Assembly: GCA_964477485.1 (NCBI GenBank)
Contig: CAYZEE010000003.1
Location: 1 to 42,950, forward strand
Length of the DNA: 42,950 nucleotides
Direction of reading: 5' to 3'
Source: an uncultured Gammaproteobacteria bacterium
GTDB lineage: Bacteria; Patescibacteriota; Microgenomatia; Levybacterales; UBA12049
A model generated the notes under the pieces. The model made no database searches, was not told the DNA's origin, and saw only the letters and a program-made list of their open reading frames with translations. Made by a program: the position numbers and the translations under genes. Of this stretch, positions 19,180 to 28,700 are shown one piece after another (positions within the stretch are counted from its first letter, which is position 1; each line of letters starts with the position of its first letter).

Positions 19180-22100
19180 ATGTCGAAAATGTTAGAGCAA
19201 AAATTAGTCGAAGATTATTTTGTTGAAGAACTCCAAAAAAGAGGATGGAGTTTTGTTAGGCCCGAAAACCTTGACCGCACTTCGTTTAAAGACCCTTTAC
19301 TGCTAAGTAACCTCAAAAAAGCAATATTAAAACTAAATCCCGACCTGGGAATCGGAGACGAAGAAATGAAAGTTATTTTGGATCAGCTTACTCTTACATC
19401 AAGCGGTCAGGAAGGATGTAAAAAAGTGTTGCATCTTATCAAGTACGGAATTCCAGTTAAATTCGAAAAAGAAAGAGTCATAAAAAATGTAAAGCTTATC
19501 GACTTTGGAAACGTTCAAGAAAATGAACTGATTGTTTCTAGACAGGTTATTTTTTACGGAACAGAAGAAGCACGACTTGATACTGTCCTTTTCGTTAATG
19601 GAATCCCACTTGTGGATATGGAATACAAAAATCCAGCAAGTAAGGATGAAAATTGGCAGAAAGCGTACAAACAAATAAAAAACTACGAGAAGATTGCTCC
19701 GGAGTTGTATAAATACATGCAATTAGGGGTTGCTGTCGGAGCTGTTGCCAAATACTTTCCAATTGTCCCCTGGCTTGATGAAGTTGATATCTATGAGTGG
19801 AAAGAAGAAAGCATGGATGAAGTTGACTCAACGCTTGCTTTGTTTGAGCCCAACAAATTCTTAGATATCCTTAGAAACTTCCTTTTCTACAGAGAGCAAA
19901 GAAAATATGTCACCAAAGTGGTAGCTCGCTATATGCAGTATCGCGCGGCAAATAGCATTGTTAACCGAGTTAATGATAACCTTCACGGTAAGGATGAGAG
20001 AAATAAGGGATTAATTTGGCACTGGCAGGGATCAGGAAAGACTCTCACCATGATTTTTGCTGCGCATAAATTGTATTTTGATCGGTTATTAGAGGCTCCT
20101 ACGGTCTTTTTTGTCGTGGACAGAATCGAGCTTGAAACTCAGATATTTGAAGAGCTTGCGCAGTTAAAACTCAATATCGCTCCGGAAGTTATTGAAAATA
20201 TTGGCGAATTAAAGGCTTGGGTTAAAGCAGATGGATACAAGGGTAAACGAGGGTTAGCAGTTGTCCTCATCCATAAATTTCAACCAGAAGAAATGAGGGA
20301 TGTAAATAAAGAATTGGAAAGTATACAAGGGCAAACAATTTCTTCAAGAAAAAATGTGATTGTTTTCCTAGACGAAGTCCACCGTTCACAGTATGGGCTC
20401 ATGGCAGCACAGATGAAAAAGATGTTAAAAGGAGCTTTTTTCTTTGGTTTTACGGGAACGCCAATATCAAAAGATGACAGGGATACTTATGAATCTTTTG
20501 GGTATCCATTACAGAAAGAACGATATCTTGATAAATACTTTATGGATGACGCATTGAGGGACAAATTTACTCTTCGTATCCTTTATCAACCACGGCTTGA
20601 TAAAGTCCATCTCCAGAAGGAACTGTTACAAGGATTTTTAGACGCTGAGTTTGAAGATATTGATCAGGCAGATAAAGTCTATGTTGAAAAGAAGGTCTCA
20701 AGAAGAGTAACCCAAGCTAAAGTATTTCTTGAAAATCCACAAAGAATTGATGATATTGCAAAAAATATCGCAGAGCATTACAAAGAGAATTTGGATGGAA
20801 AGTTTAAGGCCATGGTAGTAGCGGGAAGCAGAAAGGCTTGTGTTTTATATAAGAAAGCGTTGGATAAATACCTTCCTCTAGAGTATTCGGAGCTAGTTGT
20901 CACATTTACTGACGGTGATGAGCAAATCCTCAAAGACTACAAAGCAGAAATGCAGAAAAAGTACCCTGGTAAGGATGATAATGACATCCGAAAAGAAATA
21001 AAAGCAAGTTTTAAAGAAGAGAGTCTTCCGAAGATAATTATTGTGACCGACATGCTGTTGACGGGATTTGATGTGCCAATACTGCAAACTTTGTATTTGG
21101 ATAAACCACTTAAAGAGCATCGACTCCTTCAGGCAATCGCTCGTACAAATAGACCATATAAGGACGTAAAACCGGCTGGACTTGTTATTGACTATGTTGG
21201 GATTTTAAGTGATATTGAAAAAGCATATAAGTCTTATTATGAAGAACCAGAAATCAAAGACGCACTCTTCAAATACGAAAGTCTTGTTGACGAGTTTATA
21301 AGCCTGTTAAAGGAGCTTGATGTAATCTTTAAAGAAATTCCCCATACATACGAAAGAAATGTATTTTTTGAGGCATTCGATGGGCTAAAAAATGATGAAG
21401 ATGTTGAGAAAACATTTACGGAAAGATATTGGACACTCCGGAAGATATTTGAGATGTTGGGCTCAAATGAGATAAAGGTTGACTATCTTGATGAGTTTAA
21501 TTGGTATTCGGCAATTTACAATTACTATCTTCGCTTAAAGAACCAAACTGAAGATAAAAATGAGTTAGTAAATAGGTTCTTGAGCAAATCGCTAAAGTTT
21601 ATTCACCGTTCGACACAAATTCAAGAAATAAAGAACGACTTGCCAGTACTTGAGTTTAACAATCACTATCTTGATAGTATTAAAAAAGCAAAAATGAGTG
21701 CTGGGGAAAAAGCCGCAAACATGGTATTTACTCTTGAGAGATTGGTTCTTGTTGATCAGGTCAAAGATCCAATATACAAGTCCTTGCAGGACAGGGTTGA
21801 AAAACTTGTTGAAGAGTGGCGACATAAAGCCGAAAATTATGAAAACGTATACCAAGAAAGTTTGGATATCTTCGAAACAATTAATGCGGAACAAAAGAAG
21901 AGAAATGAGTTAGGTTTATCTCTTCTTGAATACAGTATATTTACCGAATTGGCGCCATGGGTAAAAGATCAAACCCTGCTGGTCTCACTTTCAAAAGAAC
22001 TAAACGGTAACATTAAGCAGTACATGCTTCCAGAATGGCAGGATCAACCGGCGCTTCGCAAAAAAGTAGAAGAGGGATTGAGGACGTTTCTAAGAAGAAA

Positions 22101-22194
22101 GCTTAAGGCAGAGTTAAATGTTTCCATTGAGGATCTAGATAAAGCATACAGCCTTATCTTAGATATACTACTTAATCATGAAAAGTGGAATTAA
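19180..22194 (+). CDS. hsdR: Type I R-M restriction subunit
   Basis: RLDTVLFVNGIPLVDMEYK nuclease motif, HWQGSGKT, VVDR, DEVHRSQYG, FTGTP, MLLTGFD, QAIARTNR. Confidence 0.96.
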   Translation: MSKMLEQKLVEDYFVEELQKRGWSFVRPENLDRTSFKDPLLLSNLKKAILKLNPDLGIGDEEMKVILDQLTLTSSGQEGCKKVLHLIKYGIPVKFEKERVIKNVKLIDFGNVQENELIVSRQVIFYGTEEARLDTVLFVNGIPLVDMEYKNPASKDENWQKAYKQIKNYEKIAPELYKYMQLGVAVGAVAKYFPIVPWLDEVDIYEWKEESMDEVDSTLALFEPNKFLDILRNFLFYREQRKYVTKVVARYMQYRAANSIVNRVNDNLHGKDERNKGLIWHWQGSGKTLTMIFAAHKLYFDRLLEAPTVFFVVDRIELETQIFEELAQLKLNIAPEVIENIGELKAWVKADGYKGKRGLAVVLIHKFQPEEMRDVNKELESIQGQTISSRKNVIVFLDEVHRSQYGLMAAQMKKMLKGAFFFGFTGTPISKDDRDTYESFGYPLQKERYLDKYFMDDALRDKFTLRILYQPRLDKVHLQKELLQGFLDAEFEDIDQADKVYVEKKVSRRVTQAKVFLENPQRIDDIAKNIAEHYKENLDGKFKAMVVAGSRKACVLYKKALDKYLPLEYSELVVTFTDGDEQILKDYKAEMQKKYPGKDDNDIRKEIKASFKEESLPKIIIVTDMLLTGFDVPILQTLYLDKPLKEHRLLQAIARTNRPYKDVKPAGLVIDYVGILSDIEKAYKSYYEEPEIKDALFKYESLVDEFISLLKELDVIFKEIPHTYERNVFFEAFDGLKNDEDVEKTFTERYWTLRKIFEMLGSNEIKVDYLDEFNWYSAIYNYYLRLKNQTEDKNELVNRFLSKSLKFIHRSTQIQEIKNDLPVLEFNNHYLDSIKKAKMSAGEKAANMVFTLERLVLVDQVKDPIYKSLQDRVEKLVEEWRHKAENYENVYQESLDIFETINAEQKKRNELGLSLLEYSIFTELAPWVKDQTLLVSLSKELNGNIKQYMLPEWQDQPALRKKVEEGLRTFLRRKLKAELNVSIEDLDKAYSLILDILLNHEKWN

Positions 22195-22705
22195 ATATCG
22201 ACATATTGTAAGACCAGTTAAGTATCCGCGTATTGAATTTAAGAGCGGAGAGCTTGAAGTCATTGCTCCAAAAAACGCTGACATTCCTTCTTTGCTAATA
22301 AGGCACCATACATGGGTTAATGAAAAGCTGAGGTTTATAGAAAAAAATAGCAGAGTTAAGAAAAAAGAACTAGAAGAAAGAACAGATAAAGAGCTGGATA
22401 GTTACATTAGGCGTTGCATTAGAAGAGCTGAAAAGTTGCTAAACGTCCAACATTCCTACTATCGATTTCGAACTATGAAAACCAAATGGGCCACTTGTAG
22501 TTCCCGAGGAGTAATTACCTACAACAGAATTGTGACTTACCTTCCGAATGAATTGATCTGGTATATAACGCTTCATGAGATGGCACACCTAATAGTAGTC
22601 GGGCATAATAAAAAGTTCTGGCACTTAGTAAGCAAGCATATAAAAGGCCCCGAAGAATACGAAAGAAAATTATATTCGTATTGGTTCACAATATATAAGA
22701 ATTAA
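22178..22705 (+). CDS. YgjP/DUF45-like zinc metallohydrolase
   Basis: MKTKWATCS, YITLHEMAHL...HNKKFW; this is the family's usual position downstream of hsdR. Confidence 0.88.
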   Translation: MKSGIKYRHIVRPVKYPRIEFKSGELEVIAPKNADIPSLLIRHHTWVNEKLRFIEKNSRVKKKELEERTDKELDSYIRRCIRRAEKLLNVQHSYYRFRTMKTKWATCSSRGVITYNRIVTYLPNELIWYITLHEMAHLIVVGHNKKFWHLVSKHIKGPEEYERKLYSYWFTIYKN

Positions 22706-22733
22706 CAAGGGCTAATTTTTTTCACAAAAACAT

Positions 22734-23807
22734 ATGAGTAAAAATAGTTGGCAATTTCTTGAAGAATATTTAGAAAAAATAGCAAAAAGGTGCGGATTTC
22801 GTTATTTACGTGCCTCAACCGGAGACAGCCAAATGGGTGGAGATGGTGGAGGAACTTTAATAATTGAAAAGTATGAATTTTATTGGAAGTTTGAGTGTAA
22901 ACAAAGAGTTAAAAGTATTGATAAACCAATAGTGTTGAACGAAATATCAGATAAAATACTTGAGATTATGTCTCAGGATAGAACCAATTGGCCTGATGTG
23001 TTATGCCTTTTTACTCCACATCATACGCTTTATGATCAATTAGAGAGAAAAATTAATGCCTTGGAAAAGAACAAGAGAATTCCTTTTAAGGTTGTTATTT
23101 GGCATTATAAATATTTAATAGAAGTTTTACATATCCTCTTGGAAGATATCGATATTAAAAAGATATACCCGGATCTTCAACTAATTTACCCCAGTGGACA
23201 AACAGATAAAGATTTACTTTTAGCCAAATTCATTGCAGAAATTGAAAACAAGACGAAAGAAGGACATCTAATAAAAAATTCGTATATTCATGCGGAGGAT
23301 CTTTCATATAAGACCATTAAATTAGTAGTAAATGTAGTTCAAGTAGAAGAAGATGGCGAAAATAAAAAATTATATGAAATCAATATGCTTAATGAAAAGT
23401 TTCTGATTAAGCCTGAAGACATTGATAATATTGCAATTAAAAAAGTACCAATCGCAAAACATCAATCGGTAAATTCTACCTCTAGCGTGACGAATGTAAA
23501 CGATTCTACTATTAGAACTGAAGAGATTGGAGAAATTGAGGTGGTTGACTGGAATCAAAGAAATAAAGATATTGACAATAAGAGAAGACAAATAATAGAT
23601 TTATTTAAAAAATTAAAAATAGAAGGTAAAACGGAAAATCTATATGATCTACTAAAAAAACAGGCAATTGATCAAAAAATTATCGTTAAAGTAATTAGCA
23701 ATGATTTTTTACTAAATTTGGTTCCCTTTGTTTATCTAAATGAGAAAAATTTCGAAACTCAAAATCAAATTAGTTTTGTAGTAATGGAGGATAAAATATA
23801 TGAGTAA
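22734..23807 (+). CDS. Putative Mrr-like PD-(D/E)XK endonuclease with an unknown C-terminal region
   Basis: WQFLEE...GF...QMGGDGGG...WKFECK fits a restriction-endonuclease fold; the remainder is unrecognised. Confidence 0.55.
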   Translation: MSKNSWQFLEEYLEKIAKRCGFRYLRASTGDSQMGGDGGGTLIIEKYEFYWKFECKQRVKSIDKPIVLNEISDKILEIMSQDRTNWPDVLCLFTPHHTLYDQLERKINALEKNKRIPFKVVIWHYKYLIEVLHILLEDIDIKKIYPDLQLIYPSGQTDKDLLLAKFIAEIENKTKEGHLIKNSYIHAEDLSYKTIKLVVNVVQVEEDGENKKLYEINMLNEKFLIKPEDIDNIAIKKVPIAKHQSVNSTSSVTNVNDSTIRTEEIGEIEVVDWNQRNKDIDNKRRQIIDLFKKLKIEGKTENLYDLLKKQAIDQKIIVKVISNDFLLNLVPFVYLNEKNFETQNQISFVVMEDKIYE

Positions 23808-26800
23808 TCGCGGAGGACAAGCAACACAAAGTGGAATTCATTCACAGAATTGGGCAGCAATGTCACTTTTCTTGCAACATATTAGTCGTCCTGATTTTAG
23901 ATATATTGGTTTTGAAGCAGATAAATTAGAAGATTTTTACTTAGTATTTGAGAGCGATAAAAAAATTATTTGCGAATCTAAAGCTTATAAAGTTAGCTTT
24001 CCTGAATTTAAAAAAATCGTCGGTAACATAATAAAACATGGACAAGTAACTCAAGAGGATGAAATATTAATCATTTGTGAGCAAGCCGATAAAAATCTAA
24101 AAACTCTAATTGAAAACTTTAATTACTATGATGGCAAAACTGTAGAAAAAATTTCAAAAGAAAAGAAACTAACTTCTGAAGAATTAAAACTTCTTCCACA
24201 AATACGATTTTGGGAGGTATCCCAGGACATTTCAAGGAAAACTGCAGAGTTACTTATTTCCCAATTATTAAGAGTTTGGGTTCCTACTCATAAAATTGAG
24301 GAAATTGTTAGGGACTTATTAGAAAAAGAAGTATATCAAGGTTCGCAAAGAGGAACAACTTTATCTAGGGAAGATTTCATAAAAAAGCTTGATGATAAAA
24401 AGCGACTAATTTTTGAAGATGCAAGGTACGAAAAAGATAAAGAAAAAAAAGAACAGGAACTAAAACAATATATAAATGATTTAAAAAATCCTAATAGTCC
24501 ACAATGGTCTAATAACTCATTAAGTATACTTTCTGATAAGCCAGACCAACATTACTGGGTACTCAAGATGCTGGGAGAAGAAAAAGACTTAAGCCTAAAA
24601 GAATGGGATCCGTTATGGGTAATGAGTACTCAAGGAGCATTTTCATTAGAAGTTTTTAATATTTTTAAAAAGAACACTTCAACTCAAGAAAATCAAAATT
24701 ACTTCATTAAGTTTGCCCCTAAACTTATAGAAAATAATTCAAATATGTTTCATGAAGAATTTATAAAAACGGATATAGTCGATATTTGCGGAAATATAAT
24801 ACAAAGCACTCGCCAATATGACAGTGAAGTCTTTGAATTAATCCAAAGACTATTTGAGCCTAGTATAAGTAAATACTTTTATGCAAAACACACAAGAGAT
24901 AATCGTCACGAATGGGAGCAAATTAGTCTTTTGTTGCTAAACTTATATAAGGCTTCAGAAGATAAAACATTAAAACAAAAAATTGTAGACTATATCTTTG
25001 ATAAGTTTAACCTTGTTGCTGATGATGGACAATATTGGCACTATACTCCATCAACAATTTTCACCATTATCCAATTGCACTTTAACGAAGATCCTCAAGA
25101 AGGAATTATAGAATTGACTAAGTTATTTTCTGAACAATTAGACAAGTTTTATAAAAAATTCGGTAAAAAATTGGCGTTCAAGGGATGGGAACATATGGGA
25201 AGCGGTATTTCACAAATGGGAAATAATTTTTCCATTCAAGACAGAATGTTTGTAGAAGCAATTTTAAAACCTTTATTTAGGAGCCTTTACGAAAAGAATA
25301 AAGATAATGCTTTAAATATCATAGCAGAATGTATCTCTCGAAAAACTAATAATGTCTCAAGAGAAAAGCCAGATTTCATCAATCGTTCTGTTCTGCCAGT
25401 CTTATTTAGCGAATACAAAGAGGAAACTTACGGTAGCTTAGCTTTTGAGATTTTAAGTGATTTTATAAAAATGAGAAAAGGAATTCCTTGGAAAGTAGAT
25501 TTAATTTTCCAAGAATTGAGAGGAGATTATACTGATGAACAAAAATGGGCTCTTGTAAAAGTGAGCCTTGATGAATATAACAATTTACCCGCTAATGTCT
25601 TTGTTGAGCAAATAGTTTCAAGCTTGGGAGCAAAAGGCAACAAAGATGCCTTGAGTGTAATTGCTGAATGGGTAAAAAACCCTGAGTATAATCGCAGACA
25701 AATAATTGGTTCTTTTAGTGTGATGGATAATATATCTAAACTCTTGGATAACAAGGACATCTTCGATGAAGCCGTAGATATATACAAAAATTATATTTTT
25801 GCTGATAACTTTATAACTAAAGACAACGACTGGGAAACATGGGATGTGGCAAAAGTATCATGCAAAATTCTTATAACTAACGAAAAGGTTGGAATTGAGA
25901 TACTCCAAAACATTAATTCATCGAAGATACTTACCCCAAACCAACAAACGTTAATTACCTGTGCAATAAATGACATTCCTGAGGACAATAAAGAATTGCT
26001 ATTAAAGGTGTTCCAGAAGTTTCTAGATCCGTTACTAAAAGATTTAGGATATGACATTTCTAAGATTGAGGAACGAATCACAAAGAGACATTGCCGTGAG
26101 CAAATAGTTCAATTTGCAGACAAATTGGCAAAGGCCAGATGCTTCAATGAAGCGTTGTCAGTAGTTAATGTATTTATCAATGACTCAGACCCAATACTCG
26201 AAAACTATGACGATGATAAAAAGGGAAACTTTAATTATCATAAGAAAGTCATTGAGGGTGATGATAACCCAACAATTAATACTGTTAGAGGTTTTTGTGC
26301 TTGGGTGTTACAAAAATTTGCTTCTCTCTACGGAAGGGACTATATTCCACAAATTTTGCCTTTAGTCAAGAAACTTTCTCAAGATCCTAACTATTATGTT
26401 CGAGTGCAGGCATGCGTTCCGTTATTAGAACTTGTAAAAAACAGAAATACAGTTCTTCCAGATAATTCTAAAGTGCGATTTGTATCAGTTGAAACAGCCC
26501 AGGCAATTGAAGATATCGCATTTGAAATGCTCAATAATAAGGAAAATCATAAACTTCCATCGGTCATGCAACATATAGCGATGGTTTTTACTTACATGAG
26601 GACTATTCCTCAAGAGAAAGCTTACCAAGTTTTAGAAACCTTCTTAATAGATGAATACCCCAAAAAGGATAATCAAAGAAAACATTCGACCTATTTAGCC
26701 GATGTATTAAGTGAAGCGGCCCCCTTATACATCTTTTTTGCAGAATATAGAGAAGATGCTTTCAAGGATTGGCCTAAGGATTGGGCAAAGTTAGGAAAGT

Positions 26801-27396
26801 TTAACAGCAAGCCATTTAAAGACCTATTGACGAAGCTAGTGAGAGATGGGTCTTCTGAAATAAAAGCCATTTTTGCTTGGCAATTTGCTAGATTACCTGA
26901 TGAAGTAAAAACAACACCAAAATTTGATGAAACGATTGGAATCTCCGCACGATATTTAGAAGAAATGTCACAAACATATGATCATGAAACATTTAATAAT
27001 ATTTATCGTTTTGTCGAAGATTATGTAGATTCACATTATGCAATCTGTATTAATCTTTGGAAAAAATGCATCATTACCGAGAGCAAATATTTTACTGATA
27101 ACTTTTCAAAAGATAAGTTTATGGATATGTATTGGTGGCCTTTTTTCTACAACGGTAAAATTCTACTAAAAATTGCAGAGCAAGAGGGTGTTGAGGAATT
27201 CCTAAAATGGTTCAAAATACTAGTAGATTATCCTATTGAGTTATTGGTCGCTAATGATTTAGATATTGCTGTAGAGTATCTTACCGGATTAAAAACAAAT
27301 AAGGAAGAGATTGAATATCTATTTAAAAGGTTAATTGAGAGAAATTCTAAATATTACACCGATAAACAAAATTGGCTAAATCAAAATAATAAATGA
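23800..27396 (+). CDS. Large protein: Cap4/DUF4297-like dsDNA nuclease N-terminus plus alpha-helical (HEAT-like) body
   Basis: GGQATQSGIHSQNWAA...IGFE...LEDF...ICESK is a Cap4-type pattern; LSQDPNYYVRVQACVPLLEL is HEAT-like; no Walker A motif seen. Confidence 0.6.
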   Translation: MSNRGGQATQSGIHSQNWAAMSLFLQHISRPDFRYIGFEADKLEDFYLVFESDKKIICESKAYKVSFPEFKKIVGNIIKHGQVTQEDEILIICEQADKNLKTLIENFNYYDGKTVEKISKEKKLTSEELKLLPQIRFWEVSQDISRKTAELLISQLLRVWVPTHKIEEIVRDLLEKEVYQGSQRGTTLSREDFIKKLDDKKRLIFEDARYEKDKEKKEQELKQYINDLKNPNSPQWSNNSLSILSDKPDQHYWVLKMLGEEKDLSLKEWDPLWVMSTQGAFSLEVFNIFKKNTSTQENQNYFIKFAPKLIENNSNMFHEEFIKTDIVDICGNIIQSTRQYDSEVFELIQRLFEPSISKYFYAKHTRDNRHEWEQISLLLLNLYKASEDKTLKQKIVDYIFDKFNLVADDGQYWHYTPSTIFTIIQLHFNEDPQEGIIELTKLFSEQLDKFYKKFGKKLAFKGWEHMGSGISQMGNNFSIQDRMFVEAILKPLFRSLYEKNKDNALNIIAECISRKTNNVSREKPDFINRSVLPVLFSEYKEETYGSLAFEILSDFIKMRKGIPWKVDLIFQELRGDYTDEQKWALVKVSLDEYNNLPANVFVEQIVSSLGAKGNKDALSVIAEWVKNPEYNRRQIIGSFSVMDNISKLLDNKDIFDEAVDIYKNYIFADNFITKDNDWETWDVAKVSCKILITNEKVGIEILQNINSSKILTPNQQTLITCAINDIPEDNKELLLKVFQKFLDPLLKDLGYDISKIEERITKRHCREQIVQFADKLAKARCFNEALSVVNVFINDSDPILENYDDDKKGNFNYHKKVIEGDDNPTINTVRGFCAWVLQKFASLYGRDYIPQILPLVKKLSQDPNYYVRVQACVPLLELVKNRNTVLPDNSKVRFVSVETAQAIEDIAFEMLNNKENHKLPSVMQHIAMVFTYMRTIPQEKAYQVLETFLIDEYPKKDNQRKHSTYLADVLSEAAPLYIFFAEYREDAFKDWPKDWAKLGKFNSKPFKDLLTKLVRDGSSEIKAIFAWQFARLPDEVKTTPKFDETIGISARYLEEMSQTYDHETFNNIYRFVEDYVDSHYAICINLWKKCIITESKYFTDNFSKDKFMDMYWWPFFYNGKILLKIAEQEGVEEFLKWFKILVDYPIELLVANDLDIAVEYLTGLKTNKEEIEYLFKRLIERNSKYYTDKQNWLNQNNK

Positions 27397-27929
27397 GATT
27401 GGAAATAGTAGAGAAATTAGATAAGCTTCTTTTAAAACATATACCTTTCAATGAGGAGTGTGAAGTTGTTTATTTCATGGTTGAAATAAGAAAAATCATG
27501 GAGCATGATAACGATTCAAAATATAAACTTCTTCGATTTTTTTGTGATTGGACTGTTCACACAAAAAAAGATAGGAGTATGAGTGGAATCATAGACATTG
27601 TAAACGAAATTGATCGCCTTATTTCTAGTGTTGATAAAATTACTACTCTACAAAATGAACAAATTCTTAAATTTTTAGAAATGAATGAGTTGAGAAAAGA
27701 ACTTTCGCAATTTCTTACTTCCCATTCCCTACCAAGTGATTTATGCAAAGATGATCACAATTGGTCAACATTTGTTGATATACTTGCACAAGTTCTTTCG
27801 GGTCAACCAATCCTAAATCCAATAGAGACAATTGTATCTATAGAGATATTCTCAAACTCTTTAGGGAGTTCTATAACTGTGGATTTCGGAACAGGTAGAG
27901 GCTCTGCAACAGCAGGGTTTGGAAAATAG
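27393..27929 (+). CDS. Hypothetical protein, possibly HEPN-like
   Basis: ATGA overlap with the upstream gene; helical; VEIRK and LRFFCDWTVH resemble HEPN E...R-x-H motifs only loosely. Confidence 0.5.
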   Translation: MRLEIVEKLDKLLLKHIPFNEECEVVYFMVEIRKIMEHDNDSKYKLLRFFCDWTVHTKKDRSMSGIIDIVNEIDRLISSVDKITTLQNEQILKFLEMNELRKELSQFLTSHSLPSDLCKDDHNWSTFVDILAQVLSGQPILNPIETIVSIEIFSNSLGSSITVDFGTGRGSATAGFGK

Positions 27930-27935
27930 TACAAA

Positions 27936-28511
27936 CTAAGTTATCAACCTTAATACAAACGGTACGATTCTTGTTGTAGGTAATTTATATTTCCATGCCA
28001 CCTTGTAATACCACCTAAGATATAGTTTCTGTAATACTTCGCGCTGATGCTCAAAAATAGTGTCATTATCAATATTTACTAGCTTATTCCCGACTGCTCG
28101 TTCTATAGCGATACTTAATAGCGCTGATTCGTCATCATAGTCAGGGTTGAAGAAATAACTTGACCTATTTATTTTCGCAGCGTAAAGCGTAACCAGTTCG
28201 TTTTCAATCGCAAGATAAACACTTATTTTCTCTCTATCAGGCATTTTCTGGTTGAATGATGGGATTTTCTCTAATACAATTGATTCCCATAGGGGTTTAT
28301 AGTCGAGATTTAACGCACGAGATAATTTTCCAATTTCAGGTATGGCATTTTTCTTGAAATATTGCTTCCGTAGTTCTCTTCCTGTTAGCTTACTATCAAG
28401 TTTATACTTTTTCTTGATGCCCTGAGTTATGCGATAGTTTGCATAAGATCGGACAAATAGAGTGAGTCTTACCTTCTTAAGAGTTAATCGGGCTTTGATT
28501 TGTTCTGCCAT
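27936..28511 (-). CDS. Hypothetical basic protein, probable island backbone gene
   Basis: 191-aa ORF with a K/R-rich N-terminus, co-oriented with the recombinase and terminase genes, near the right end of the island. Confidence 0.65.
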   Translation of the reverse strand: MAEQIKARLTLKKVRLTLFVRSYANYRITQGIKKKYKLDSKLTGRELRKQYFKKNAIPEIGKLSRALNLDYKPLWESIVLEKIPSFNQKMPDREKISVYLAIENELVTLYAAKINRSSYFFNPDYDDESALLSIAIERAVGNKLVNIDNDTIFEHQREVLQKLYLRWYYKVAWKYKLPTTRIVPFVLRLIT

Positions 28512-28563
28512 AAATCGGGCAGAATTAGCCTATTTTACAATAAACAGCCTGGATAATTAAAGA

Positions 28564-28628
28564 CTATATCAATCTATATCAGAAGATTTTGAGAACCTCT
28601 TTTTTATAGTGTCTCATTTGTCTCATTT
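28564..28628. repeat. Two short tandem direct repeats
   Basis: CTATATCA at 28564 and 28574; GTCTCATTT at 28611 and 28620. Confidence 0.6.
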
Positions 28629-28673
28629 AGCCTCGGCATGATACAATCCAAAAAGAGGGTTATAAGGCCTAAA

Positions 28674-28699
28674 GGGTTCCAGACCCGTATGGCTCACAA
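28674..28699 (+). repeat. Degenerate copy of the tRNA-Glu 3' end (candidate att site)
   Basis: GGGTTCcagaCCCGTAtgGCT-CACAA versus GGGTTCgaatCCCGTAggcGCTaCACAA at 10677-10704. Confidence 0.5.
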
Positions 28700-28700
28700 A

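Larger units (their letters stand above)
10677..28699. mobile_element. ~18 kb integrative island at tRNA-Glu (serine recombinase, terminase, ParB-MTase backbone; defence cargo)
   Basis: Recombinase next to the tRNA 3' end; degenerate copies of tRNA-Glu sequence at 28674-28774; phage-type and defence genes inside, housekeeping genes outside. Exact ends uncertain. Confidence 0.8.

Noticed and set aside
22734-27929. Assignment to Avs, CBASS or Lamassu
   Set aside because: No Walker A/STAND ATPase, nucleotide cyclase or SMC-like partner seen; only the effector-type motif is shared.
10877-28511. Complete prophage or conjugative element
   Set aside because: No recognisable portal, capsid, tail, lysis, relaxase or T4SS genes between the tRNA-derived boundaries.
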